From the NCBI RefSeq assembly GCF_009914755.1, contig NC_060947.1: a DNA stretch of 64,000 bases. One strand, 5' to 3'. Source of the stretch: the human T2T-CHM13v2.0 reference genome, Homo sapiens. Below the pieces are notes generated by a model. That model worked only from the letters and a program-made list of their open reading frames with translations, was not told the origin of the DNA and ran no database searches. The position numbers and the translations under genes were made by a program. Shown here piece after piece: positions 41,218 through 58,255 of this stretch (positions are counted from its first letter, which is position 1; each line of letters begins with the position of its first letter).

Positions 41218-43347
41218 CTACTTTAAGAGTTGTTATGAGATTGTAAAATAATATTAAATAAAGTAGCTGGCACTGAGAGTTATTACCCCATAAACACTTG
41301 CTATTATCATTACAGAGATAGATTTTCACCATTGGATTTTTTTCTGACCTCAAGTCAGAAGCCCTGCCTAATGACAAAAATGTATAAGCATGGCGCTTGT
41401 GTGAAAGGTGACATTTTTCACTGATAGTTTTGAAAAATTAGACACTTTACTAGAAACAGCTCTCTATTGTTTTTCTCAAAACTATTGGTGTGAAAATCTT
41501 TTAGGGAAATTAAGGGGCCATGGTTTCCATTTGATTTGGTGCCTATCATAAGTTGCTTGTGAACATGTATTTTCATTACTAATCATTTAGAATAATAAAT
41601 AAGCTAAGTGCCCACACTGATGTGCCAACATACTAAATGCCATCAGCTGTTTTGTTGAAAGGTAGAGTCATATTTCTTATGCTGGATCATGCATGTAATA
41701 TTTTATTCCAAAGCAATCCTCAGAGCATTTAGATGAATAATTATCCATTATCACATCATTTAATTCAAAACTATGAGTTCCCCCTTTCCCTAATTGAAGC
41801 ATTTGCTTCAACTCCATCTTATCAGTTATGTTGAGTTCTTAAGTCATTGAGAAAAGGGGGCCTGACACACGTTTGCTGTGTTTATCTTCTTTTGCTCTAG
41901 TATTCCAGGATGATCAAGAGAAATGGCTCAGAATCTACAGTTTAGATAGATGATCAGCAATTTTCAGAGCCCAAATCTAGAAAATTGATGTAAAGGTGAA
42001 ATACTAGGTGACTATGAGAAAGACAGTTATTTCCAACCAGAGGCTGTTCTACTTCACTGACAGTTTTCTTATATGCATAATTGAGGCCCTGGATGACTGT
42101 GTTGTTATGGTAACCATCACTGTATATCACACTAAAATCTGGTGTTGAAATGTACTAGAAGCATGAAGCATACATTTTTCATATTTTTTCCAAGTTCATT
42201 TTTCATGATTTCATGTAGCAGTCCAACATGAAACATTTATTTGAGTTTTAAAAATCATAAGTATATATTCTCCCACTTTGAGATTTACTAGCTTCTGTGA
42301 CTGCAATAGCAATTCACCTTGAAATGGATTTAATACATTTCAAACAATTAGACTTTCTTTCAAAGAAAGAAGATGGAGAGGGATTGTACTTGGTGGTCTT
42401 CTATGGGGCTAATCTGCAACCCTCGCTCCCTGATATAATCAGAAGTAGCCTTCAGATTCCAAATTATGGTGAGACAATGTGCAGGGATTTCAAATGAGGT
42501 GTGATTTTTGCTTCGATAGGGATAGACAAATGTCAAAATTTGCATGCCACTCTGTTTAATTTATATGACAAAGTCAGGGGCTTCTTGACTTGGGGACTGT
42601 TTGCTCCTCCCTTCCTCTTTTTATAGCAGCTACTACCGGATGGGTTTGGCACACGGATGAGACACAGTGTTCTCATTATTGGAATTGCTGGGATTCAAAT
42701 AATGGGGAGAAAGCTGTAGATTATAATTAAATGTGGAACACTAATACTGATTTTTAAAAAAATCATTCAATAACCTAATTAGGCAACTACCAAGGATGTC
42801 CTGAAAATAATTTGTGTGAAGTGTTTATATCAAGAGAAAGATTCATAACCATTTATCTGACACATTTAATTCACATTATTCCTCTTTCTCTAGGAAAAGA
42901 TTATATAACTGGAAATATAACAAATGGAAATAGAACACAGAAAATCCTGATGTTGAATAAATTGCTGATCTAGTGTGAATTTTTGCAAACATTTCTTAGA
43001 TAAAACTTAGGTTTTTTAATATTAATATTACATACTCATTGCTGATACTAGGATATAATTTTAAGAATTTGTAAAGCTCAAAGATTTCGAGTTTTAAACC
43101 TGTTTTTTTTCAATATTGAAGATAACTCACTGATTACATCCTTTTCTTATTTTGATTTGTTAAATGAAAAGACTATTCCAATCAACTGGACAATCTTGTT
43201 AGAATATATCTTGAGAGAAAAAAAGATTTTCTTTTAATAACTGCAAAGTTCTAGGATTAAATTTATGACCTTTGGAAATGGAAACAAAAATAAAGATTAA
43301 ACGAATTAAAATGTCCTTGAGCCAGAAAGTAAGATAGGATGGACAGG

Positions 43348-43701
43348 TGTATCATTCTATTTTCATATTGCTATATACTACCCAAGACTGGGTAATATAA
43401 AGGAAAGAGGTTTAATTGACTCACAGTTTCACATGGCTGGGGAGGCCTTAGGAAACTCACAATCATGATGGAAGGCGAAGGGGAAGCAAGCAGCTTCTTC
43501 ACAAAGTGGCAGGAAGGAAAAGAGAGAGCGAAGGGGTAAGAACCCCTTATAAAACCATCAGATCTCCTGAGAACTCACTCACTATCACAAAAACAACATG
43601 AGGAAAACTGCCCCCATGATCCAATCACCTCCCTCCCTCGACATATGGGGATTACAATTCGAGATGAGATTTGGGTGGGGACACAGAGCCAAACCATATC
43701 A
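43348..43701 (-). mobile_element. THE1D-type MaLR solo LTR
   Basis: GAGGTTTAATTGACTCACAG...GATTTGGGTGGGGACACAGAGCCAAACCATATCA; 5-bp TSD ACAGG/ACGGG. Confidence 0.92.
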
Positions 43702-44469
43702 ACGGGTGAATGCCATCTAATTTATTTTGCTTCAACTCAAATACCAGAAGCAAACCCCAGTTATTCAGTGGTCTCATTAAATAAATATCCCACACTTGAG
43801 GCCATAGGGAACTGAACTAGGCCAAAGCAATTCCCAATCCATCTACTGTTGAGGAAACTGCTGACTTGCAGTGGATTTCTGGAATGGATGTGTAGTGTAG
43901 TCAGGGAAAATTGCCCTATGGCTAGAAAACTAGCATCTGACTTTCCTCACTAGGAGTCACATCCATCACAGCTCCTGATCAAACAGGTTCTGCATTCCTG
44001 CTCAGCCTACTAAACCAGGGACTACGTTCTTGGTATCAGAGCACCCAACCATGATGCCAAATTAGAGCAGATCAAGGTCCACACTAGACTGCGTATATTA
44101 GAACATTTTAATCATAGCCAAGAATTATATTGGACATCACTGTTTTAGATGTAAAACAAGTGATAAAAACTAATCAAGATTAAAGGTGTGGCTGTAGACA
44201 AATTTCCTGACATAACATACAAGCTGTGAGTGTTTCAAATTTTATGGCTTAGAAATGAAATATAAACATGTTTTGGTGACTAAGAGAAAGTAAATAAGGA
44301 AATAAAGCCTGCATCTAAAATAGTAAAAACATAAAATTTAACCGAACTTTAAAACTGTATTCAATAAAAATGTATAGCTCTTCCTCATACCAGATACTGT
44401 GCTAGGTATGGATTCAAAGATAAAGAGACATAGATCCTAGCCTTGTAGTGTATTCTAAAGTTCAAAGAA

Positions 44470-45200
<731 letters not shown>

Positions 45201-47522
45201 AGTGGTATTTACAACGTGAGGGAAATAAAAATGGTCCAAGGTCTAATCAAAAGTCACAGGATCAAAAGTCTGACATGGTCGGCACACTATGGGTGGGACT
45301 GTCTTTGAAAGGTGCATTGATATTGGCCAAAAATGATACTGATAGGTAAAATGAGGATGTCAGTGTGTTCATTAATAATGAGAAATGTGAGCATCACAAA
45401 GAGCAATATACTCTCCCTGTAGCCCACTATATGTAGAAAACCAAACTGTCATCACCAGCATGGAGTCAGAGTAAAGTTTCTCCCTAGATGACTTAAATGT
45501 GTGTTGGAAATAGGCCAAAACAGGAGAGGTCTTGATAGTGGCAGTGAAATGACTTTGAGGAGGAAGTGAGTAGGAATTACTGTAACAGCCCAGGCAGCAT
45601 ATGGTGAGGGGCTGATTAGGGAAGCGTCAGTGGAATGGGAAGGATGGAAACAGATATAAGACTCATCTAGGACTAATTGTGATAATGATATAGACAAAAC
45701 CTGCTATTCAGAAAACCTGAAAAACCAGTACTATTTTAAACTTCTCATTAAACAGTTCGAATGTATCAAAACTTAATAATTTTAAAAAATTATTACCATA
45801 TTCACTGTCACTGTCAAATGCTTTATCAGATTTGGGAGTTCCAAATTTTGAGTTCCTCATGAAATTAAAATTTAGACTTGCAACTTTATTTTATTTTCCC
45901 TTTATGAGAATTTGTCAGCAGGAATTGTGAAAAGTGATTATAATATTCCTTGTTGTAGGTGGAAAATGGAAAAGGAGTTGATCATTATAGATGCAAAGCA
46001 AAATTTGGAAAGCAAGAATTAGCAAATGCTTCAATTTATTTTATTTTTTACAGTTGTTTATGACGGCTTTATTCATAATTGCTGAAATTGGTAGCAATCA
46101 AGATGTCCTTCAGTGGGTGAATAGATAAATTGATACATCCAGGCAATGAAATATTATTTAGTGCTAGTGAATACCTCAATTCAAAGCATCATATAAATAT
46201 TAGTGTTAAATTGGGTAAGTAATAATTCAGATATAAAAATGTGATCTCTAAAAGCAAAAGTAGAAAAAAATAAAAATAAAACAGGAAAAAAATGTGATCT
46301 AGGGAAATTAGCTTATTAATAAACATTTATTAAGTGCCTACCAGGTATGTCTAAGGCACTGTACCAAGTCAAAAGAGAAAACAAAGGTTAATTACACCTG
46401 ATTCCCAACTGCCAGGCACCTAACACCCAGGAGTAATGAACTAGGAACCTCCCCTGAGATGGGCAACAAAATGTCCTATGAGTGGCTCGCCCCAAACTAC
46501 CTCTCTTATCCTCATCTTATGTTTTTGGGCCTCAGGATAGCATGCTGGATTAGCCATGTTTTCATACTGCAAATCTACCCAAATATAAAATGACGGCTTT
46601 CTCCTCTTCCCTTTGATCTCGCAGAATTACCAGTTGACACAGTACAGTGGGCAGCCATTTAAGCAAAGAGAAAATTCAAGGTAAATAGTGATTAATGTCC
46701 AAAAGAGGGAGGTCATAGTAAAATCAGGTTTGTGTTATTTACTATGCCTGATTTTGCAAAGTTTTGGGCTTGGGGTTGCAAAGTAAACAGGTTTTAGAAG
46801 TACAGCAAGTCCAGAGGGAAAATCCGGCATTGGCTGGAAAAATATCAACTGAAGTGCATAGGATAAGGCCCCCTTATCTCTGCAAGAGAGAAAGGGCTTT
46901 CTTGGGGTAAAGTATCTTATGGATTCTGGCTATGTTGGCTTCATGTGACAGTGAGGAGGACAAGCCAAACCAGGTCACACCAAGCCAAGCACATTTCTCA
47001 GCATACCTTGGAATCACACTGCAAGTGACATACTGCCAGTTTGACTGTTACTCCTCTGTACTGAAGTGAATAATAGACTTGAACTTGGAACTCCGTGGAG
47101 CTGCATGTTCTTTGGGGCCCAGGAATTATTTCATTACAGCAAACCAGCTGGTTGCATATACTATTTCAGAGAGAAGATGAACTGATAGGGTCACTCCCAG
47201 AGAAAAGATGGAGTGAGGCTGTGAATCCCAGAAAATGAGGTCTTTGCAGAAAAAATACCTCCACTTTCTGAGGGCAATGCTGACCTCAACAGAATTTTCT
47301 ATTTGAAGCAACTGCATATCTTGTCTTTTGGTGTTTTTTTAATTGTATTATTGCTTATCCCAGACCTTTTAGGTTGAATTTGAAGTTTTCTGGTTTCAGC
47401 TGGTTCTGCACTTAAATTTCGGAATATTCTCTGCTTCCTTCTCCCACCTCCATCTGCATGTGAAGAATAGTACCCACAGATAACCCAACAGTCATCCAAC
47501 TAGAGGGCAAGATCATCCAATT

Positions 47523-48270
47523 CCTTGCTACTCAAAGTGTGATCTTGGACCAGCGGTATCAGCATCATCTGGAAGTTCGTGGAAAATGCAGTTTCATGCC
47601 ATACCCCGTGCCTGCTGAATCAGAATCTGCATTTTAACAAGATCCCCAGGTGATTTATGTGCACGTGGAAGTCTGAAAGCAATGGTCTGACTCAGTGATT
47701 CTCACAGTTGAACATTCACCAGGATCACCTGAGGGGGTGACTTGTATACTCTATAGATTGGGGAGGGGGTGCCCCTCCGAAGTTTCTCACTGAATAGATC
47801 TGAGATGGGGCCCGAGAATTTGCAATTCCAACACGTTCTCAGGTGATGCTGATGCCACTGGACTGGGGATTCCATTCTGAGAGGCACTCATTTCATTCAT
47901 TCTACACTTGCTGAGGACCCAGATACTCCGGAGTTCAGATTCTAGCTGTGTGACATCGGGCACTCTCCTGACCTCTCTGAGTCCACATTTCTTTCTGTAT
48001 CACATACAGATAATACCAGCCTTGCTGGATTTTGTGAGAATTCCAGGAGATTTTGAAAAGCCAAGCACCTCACCCATGCCTGGCCACAGAATGTGCTCTT
48101 CAAAGCATGGGCCACAGACCAGCAGCATCAGCAGCATCAGCATCCTCTGGCAGCTGTGAGCAGCGTGTGAGAAATGCTGATTCTTGGGCCTCACCCAAGT
48201 CCTGTAGTATCAGAATCTGCGTTTTCACAAGACCCCTAGGTGAGAATGATATGCATTAAAGGCTGAGAAG
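47523..48270. mobile_element. Cluster of MER5 (47523-47685), MER5A in the opposite orientation (47693-47888), MIR (~47915-48085) and MER5 (~48090-48270)
   Basis: GAATCAGAATCTGCATTTTAACAAGATCCCCAGGTGAT; GGGCCCGAGAATTTGCA...CAGGTGATGCTGATGC; MIR core. Confidence 0.75.
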
Positions 48271-48303
48271 AGAAGATCTATAAACCCACGGTCCTCATTT
48301 CCC

Positions 48304-48449
48304 AGTTCCAGTTCAGGGTATTGACGCTTAGGAAATAGAGGTTTCTTACCCCAGAGTAGGAATTACAAGCTGGAGTTCCAGCTCAGGACATTGATGCTTA
48401 GGAAATGGAGGTTTCTTACCCCAGAAGAGGAATTACAATCTGGAGCTCC
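48304..48449. repeat. 70-bp direct tandem duplication
   Basis: AGTTCCAG(T/C)TCAGG..TTGA(C/T)GCTTAGGAAAT(A/G)GAGGTTTCTTACCCCAGA..AGGAATTACAA.CTGG starts at 48304 and again at 48374. Confidence 0.95.
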
Positions 48450-49944
48450 TAAATCCCTCCTCAGTCTGCCCACTTTCTCAAATTCCAGCCATGGAACGAG
48501 GACTGGAGCCCCCAGCTCAGACCTGGACACTCACCACGATCCACCCACAGGTTTGCAGAGTACAGCGAGGCAACAAAGGTATGAGACGTGCATTCAGATG
48601 AGCTTCCCTCCTATCCCAGAGTACGCTAAGATGCAAATTCAGCCAGAGAGGAGGGAAAGTATTTCTAGACCTTGGGGTTTGCTTATTTGACTTTCTGATC
48701 GCAGTTTTTTTTGGGGGGTTTTGATTTTTTTTTTTATTTATTTACAAGGAGGCTGTACTTGAATCCTTGTGGGCAGGAGAGAAGTGAGAAAGAGAAGGGA
48801 TAGAAGCAGAGGCCCCACAGGATCTCAAGATTCTAACATAGAAAGAACGGAGACGCTCTGGGCTGCCAAGGAGAATGACTTGCTCACAGGGAGAGCTGGT
48901 TTCTGTCAGAACAAATGGCGCGGCTGAGTTCCCACCACAGAAGTCAGCCCCCTCAATGTTCTGGTGTGTGATTCTTTGGGAACAAAGTACTGTTTGAGAG
49001 GCATTACCATTGGTAGCTATTTTATTGTACAGACCAAATAAAAATGAATCTGTCCTAAACAGTCTAATGAACAAAAATGACACAGAAGTGACTTCAGCAG
49101 GGGTGGGGAGGCAGCATTGCTTTTTGCATATTTATGAATAATGACAGCTGAAAAACAATCTGACAGGAAATAGAAATAACATGATTTATTTCATGAAGAA
49201 TAAAATTCTGGAACATTTTGGAGACTATCACCAGCTCCATCCCCCCACCCCCCGCCAATGAAGTGGCCCTTAACTTTCCAGTGAATTTTGTCATTGAACT
49301 TTCTCTTGGACACCTTTTGCACTGTGATAGAAGGAGTTTGCTCTCATTTTGTTAAACATCTTGGGCTAGGATCACTTTCTTTCCTTGAGGCTGAAGAAGC
49401 CTGAACAAACATAAACAAGCCATCACCCCAAATACCCTAGCTACCAGATTTACAGTGGAAATCAATACAGTGGTATTCACTTTTTAGCTGGAAGAAGTTC
49501 AGGGATGGGAAGTAATTTATCCAAGGTCACAGCCAGTCCAAGCTTGGGCTAGGTTTAAAATTTAGATCCCCTGTCTGCAGCCTCTTGATATATAAAACAT
49601 AAACATAAAAATGATGAGCTCCAAGCAAAAACTAGCTTTTAAACTTTTGAGTCTTGATGTTGACACTTAGCTATTTTTTTTCCTTCCCTATTCCTTAAGC
49701 ACTGACATCTCCTGAATATAGCACCAGGGTGATGTCCAGGAAACCAGAAGCAACTCTGGGGAAAACAGATTTCAGCTAGCCCTTAATCAAAAGCCCACTT
49801 CTGAAAATTTGGCCTCCATTTTGAGACTGAGCAGAGCCCCTTTGGATTAACCCACTGTTCAACTCATTTAATGAATAAGAACTCTGAGAAATTTGCCTCC
49901 TACCTGCCCAGTTCCCAGATACACTTCAAAATTCAAAAAGATGG

Positions 49945-50162
49945 AAAAATCAGACAGTGGTTGCCTCTAAAGGGGAGTGGGGCTGTGATTTTTTTGCTGG
50001 GAAGGAAGGGGAAAGAGGAAACTTTTTGGAGTGAAGGTAAAGGTTCATTTTCACAGAAGTCTGGGTTAGGTGGTGGGGTATGTATGCATTTGTCAAAACA
50101 CGTTGAATGATACGTTTAAGATTTGTGTCTTTCATTATATGTTAATTTTCCCTAAAATAAAA
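49945..50162 (+). mobile_element. Old L1M 3' end
   Basis: TCAGACAGTGGTTGCCTCT...CATTTGTCAAAAC...TTAAGATTTGTG. Confidence 0.75.
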
Positions 50163-50685
50163 TGCTGCATAATAAAACAAACACCCCAAGAAAATATTTG
50201 GGACAGTAATAAGGTTAATAGCTAAAAGTGCTAAAGTGGAATTTTTATCAGCTCCTGTCATTATCTTCACCAACCACAAAATATCAAAGTTCTTTGACCA
50301 TCTCTGTAGAGGGAAGTGGGTAGAAGTTCTCAAAGCCAAAACCTGTATCTAAAGTAGAGAGTGTGTGTTCTGGGGCCATTGTCTTTCCGCTGGCATTGCC
50401 AGGAAACCAGATCTTTGCCCCTGGAGGGAGCAGGCTTCCTTTACCAGTCGATTCTTAGGTAAAAATAGTTGCTGGGGTAGGGACACGTGTGGAGGGAGCA
50501 GGGCTGTAGGCTTGAAGGAACTGTGCAGTGAATTCCCTGGAAGGGCCCCACGCAGAGTGCTGGGAACTTGGCATCTAAGGTTCTCTGATGTCTTCCCCTG
50601 CTCAAGCATAAGATCAAGCAGGCCATTATGGTTTTGGAAAAAATTATAAAAGCATGTGGGTAAAGAAGAAATGTTATTACAATCA

Positions 50686-50995
<310 letters not shown>

Positions 50996-51185
50996 TTGAG
51001 AGTCTTCTTTACCTTTCTATTTCTACTTTGATGAGATCGGGCACATTCAGGGTGGTATGGCTATAGTCTGTTCCCACTTTGAATATCCTTCCGTTCCCCA
51101 ATTTACCAATGCCATTTGCTTCTTTTGTTATATTTTCATGAAATATTTCAAGGATAGAAAACACACAGAATAACATAACAAACAG

Positions 51186-51917
51186 TGAAACCACGTTTGC
51201 AAGAATTAAAACTGAGGAAATTATGACTGAGAAAGAGATCAGAACTAACCAACTCCATTTTGCTTCTAAACTTTAAGCTGTCCTTGTTCATTCCTGGGCA
51301 TAGGCTGAACTAACTTTGGGAAGGAATTCAGTTCATGGTTTGACTCTGGAACAGAACTGATAATAGCCCTTTCCCGAAAAGACCCCCTTCTTGCCTAGGG
51401 ACCAGTTTGCCTTTGCAGGACTAACAAATTAGCTGCAAGATTAGAAACTATAGTTTAAGGGTCATGCAGCCCCTGGCTCCAAGAGTCTGAACCTCCCCAA
51501 ATTGCTCCGAGGAATATCACTATTATAAAACCTAAGATCAGCGCTTGAGATATTTTGCAGACCCTGCACTCCATGGATCAGCTGACACCACCCAGACCCG
51601 TAATCTGGCTCAACCATTTCTGCCATCCCACCCAGGAACAGAAGACAGCAAGAAAACCTCACTTCGACCCCCTGTTATTCCATCTCTCACCCCACCAATC
51701 AGCACTCCCCACTTCCCAAGACCCTACCCGCCAAATATCTTTACAAACTCCGATCCTGGAATGCTCGGGGAGACTGATTTGAGTAATAATAAAACTCTGG
51801 TCTCCTGCACAGCCGGCTCTGTATGAATTACTCTTTCTCCATTGCAATTCCCCCATCTTGATAAATTGGCTCTGTCTAGGCAGTGGGCAAGGTGAAGGAA
51901 CCTGCTGGGCAGTTATA
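51186..51917 (+). mobile_element. LTR8A-like (HUERS-P1) ERV1 solo LTR
   Basis: TGAAACCACGTTTGCAAG...AAGCTGTCCTTGTTCATTCCTGGGCATAGGC...GGGCAGTTATA; 732 bp. Confidence 0.9.
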
Positions 51918-52213
51918 AGAGTAGCACATCCCTGATCCAGTCTTGTCAGATCACTTTTTTTCAAGAGTGAAAATGCGCTTGAACTAGTGATTAGTAATTA
52001 CAGACTAGTAATCAAACAGTTCAAATGAATCAGAGTTGTCTTTCTACTAACATTTATGCTTTTGACATTTTCCCCTCACCTATATGTTATGCATACTTGG
52101 AAACAGGCGTTTGGACATGGTAATTGGTCATTGGATACTACTCCTATGTTTGTAAACAGGTGCATATGAGTGACTCTGTTCTCAGCTCTTTTGCTTTAGA
52201 ATTTATACTGTCA

Positions 52214-52516
<303 letters not shown>

Positions 52517-52971
52517 TAAAATAAGTGAGGTATATCTGCTTTCCCACCTCTACAGACTCTACGGTTTGGTTACTTTATATTTGTATTCTTTCTAATACTA
52601 TCAGCAATTTCAAAAACGTTAAAATGGAAATCTTTATAATGAAAGTCAGCAATTCTCAAACATTTTGGCCTCAGGAATCATTTACAGTCTTAAGAATCAT
52701 GGAGGATGGCAAACAGTTTGTGTTTATGTGGATTATATCAATTGGTGCTCACTGTATTAGAAATTAAAACCAAGAAAAAATTTTTAAATATTTATTCTTT
52801 AAAAACCACAATAATTAACCTAATGTGTGTCAATATAAAAGTGTGTTTTATGAAAATAACTATTTTCTAGATTAAAAAATAAATTTATTGAGAAGAATGG
52901 CATTGTCTTACATTTTGCTATCTCTTCAGTGCCTGCCTAAATAGAAGCAGTTGGATTCTCATATTTGCTTC

Positions 52972-54423
<1,452 letters not shown>

Positions 54424-55109
54424 TTAATTGTCACTTGAAAACTCAAATTGTATTATTTGCACCAAATACTGTCAATCGTTTTCCTTAAAGTGACAGACTT
54501 GTATCATTCATTTTGAGAAAATGTCTGCCTAGCCTCCAAGTCTGAATAATCATTAGTTGTTAGTTGTCCTTTCAAGTTAAAATAGTGTTACATGAAAACA
54601 GCAGCTAGTTTAGTTGGCAACTCAAACAGTGGCACCTCACCTCAACCAGTCACTGAATGCTTGTCCTTGAGACAATATATGAAGTTTGGTATGCAGTTGA
54701 AATGATTCAGCTGTACTTCTTGTTCTGTCACACAGAATTTAAAAATGTGTGCTCCGAAATTTAGTAAGAGTAATAACTTTGGCATTTGTTTTGTCCTTCA
54801 AGTGTATAATGGTGAAGAACACCTTGGCCCATGCTTAGGTGCTAGCAGTTTTACTCCCCATTGCTTGGCAACATTAGTGCAAATATCAACCCAGTGAAAA
54901 AGACAAATATCATCTTCGAAATACTATGAGAATAGTTTCAACTTCATGAAACACCTAAAAAGTTCTCACAGACCACCAGGTGTCTGAGGACCACTCTTCG
55001 AGGTCTACTGATGCAAATCTCTCAACAAAAGTTTTTCTTCTTTAGGTAAGTTTAGTGTCATATTTTTACCATGTTTAGCATTATAGATGAATTTAGCATT
55101 CTTTCTTTC

Positions 55110-55960
55110 TGGAATTATACGCATGTATACACTGTAAGGCGCTGGCAATACAAAACAAAAAACAAAGCAAAAACAAAAAACAAAGCAAAAACAAAGCCCT
55201 TGCCCTCATGGAATTTCCACTCTACTGGGTGAGATCAACTATAATCCAGTAATCAGATAACTGCAAATGTATAATTGTGATAAGTGCTATGACTGTCTTG
55301 ACAGAAGCAATTAATCTGTGGGTAGGAGGTTAAGATACAATGCTTCTGAGGACACCACATTTGCCTTAAAACATCAAGGATTGTTGGGTGTTAGCAGGTG
55401 AAGGAGGTGGCGGTAGAGAGTCCTCCAAGTAGAGGGACCAGCCTGTACAAAGATCCTGAGGCCCGAGGGAGCTTGGCATGTTCAAGAATGGGAAACACCT
55501 CTGAAAGGGGGAGACGATGGTAGGCAATAATTCCAGAGTGGAAAGTATAGACCAGATTACACAGTTGTCTCTGCTGACATCGTAGCTTTTATGCAGAGGT
55601 GCCATCAAAGCATTTCTACAAGGGGTGGCTTAATCAGATTGGCAGTATGAAAGGATCACCTGGGCAGTAGTGTTGAGAATCAGTAAATGATGTTGTGGGG
55701 GGGCAGGTAGGCAGATGAATGCAGGGGACCACTTAGGAGGAGGCTGTGGTAGTAATTTAGAAGAGAGAGCAAAGACAGTGGAAGAATTGTGTTAGGGAGC
55801 TGCCATGGTCAGGAAGTGATACGGACTCAATGGAAGGGTGGGCATGGGTAGGAAAGAAAATGGTTTCGATGATACCGTGGTTCCTTGTTTGCCCAGTTGG
55901 ATAGGTAGTGGTGCGGGGTAGCCATTTCTCATTAAACTCAGACTATCTGGGAACAAGACT
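55110..55960 (-). mobile_element. L2 3' region
   Basis: AAGCCCTTGCCCTCATGGAATTT...AGAGGGACCAGCCTGTACAAAG...TGAAAGGATCACCTGG. Confidence 0.7.
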
Positions 55961-56110
55961 AAAAGGAAGAGAAAAGAAAGGAAAGGGAAGGGGAGAAGAG
56001 AAGAGAGGAGATGGAAGGGAAGGGGAGCAGAGGGGAAGGGAGAGAGGAGAGGAGAGGAGAGGAGAGGAGGCTAGGGGAGGGGAGGTTAAGGGAGGGGAAG
56101 GGAGAAAGAA
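55960..56110. repeat. GA-rich low-complexity (GGAGA/GGGAA)n tract
   Basis: Read directly. Confidence 0.9.
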
Positions 56111-56409
56111 AACACATTAACACCCAAAGCCAGGGATTGAGGATAGTATCAAATTATTAGGAGAGGAGTTTGAATTTATTAAATTAGTTTTATTAGTTGT
56201 AGCCTAAAAAGAAGTTTTTTTCAAGGAATTACTTAGACATTCTAAGAACATTAATTTCAGTTTGTGTTTTGTAAAACATATCTATTCTTAGCAGTGTAAG
56301 AGTCTGTTTTTGTGTTCGATCTCCCCTACAGAAGATGAGTTGTTCAGGACACATTCAATAAAGGACAAGACTTTCAAACATCCAAAAGATGAACTGATGC
56401 CCCCTCCCC

Positions 56410-56620
56410 AGGGCAGTCTGCACATCCTGAGCAGCCCCCTTGTGCCAGGCTCTCTTAGATGTATCCACAGGTATAATTACTGTGAAGGTTTATGATAGCA
56501 CAATGTGGTAGGTATTGTCATTGCTACCATTTTACAGATGAGGAGCTCAGAAATGTTGATGTTTGCTAGTGATCACACCACTCTCAAGCACCAACACCAG
56601 GATTGCAATCCTTTTCTTTC
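56410..56620 (-). mobile_element. MIR
   Basis: TGTGCCAGGC...CCATTTTACAGATGAGGA. Confidence 0.7.
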
Positions 56621-56965
56621 TTAAAGCAGCTGAATGATATTTCTAATGCAGAGGTCTTAGGTTCAGAGGGGCTCGTGGAACTCTTTGAGATCCTACTAAA
56701 AACAACGAACCTTCTCCTCAGTAACGTTCACATTTGCACACGCACAAAATTGACACCCAATTTCTAGAGGCTTTATGTTCTCTTGCAACTAATCCAGAGA
56801 TTTTCCAAGAGCATTTGAAATCCAAGGTTAAGGAAGGCCTATTCTAGGGCCTTTTAGAATCTATCACTGGCATTGTGTTCAAGTCTGGTCAATGAAAATT
56901 TTTAAATAATAGTAGAATAAAAGCTAACCACCTTAGATTTACAGATTACAAAGTTGGTTACTCTC

Positions 56966-57870
<905 letters not shown>

Positions 57871-58255
57871 AAGGTTACATGCAAGAAACAAATGCCTGCC
57901 TAGCAAGCCTTCTTTGTCCTTCATTCTTTCCTTTGCCTGGGCTATTTAGAGAAGCTTGTGTTTATTTACTCTGGCCCAGGCATGATTTCCCTGGTGGGCT
58001 GGTTTGCACCTATGGGGTGAATTCTGGCAGCCTTCTCCCGGGGTGCCCATTGCAACCTAGAGGCCTAGTAAAGTGCGTGGCCATCCCTATGCAAAAGCCA
58101 GATCCTATGTGCTTGCACGATTGCCCGCATTTGCAGCATCTTGCTTGCATTAAAAAGGCAGTAATATATGGGCTTTTAAAACCTTTCAACCTGAAGCATC
58201 ATTGGCCTCTTCCCTAGATGCTCTTGGTCAAAAATTTCTGCCCTGTTGAAGATAG

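Noticed and set aside
48304-48449. CRISPR-like repeat array
   Set aside because: Contiguous tandem copies without spacers, in mammalian DNA.
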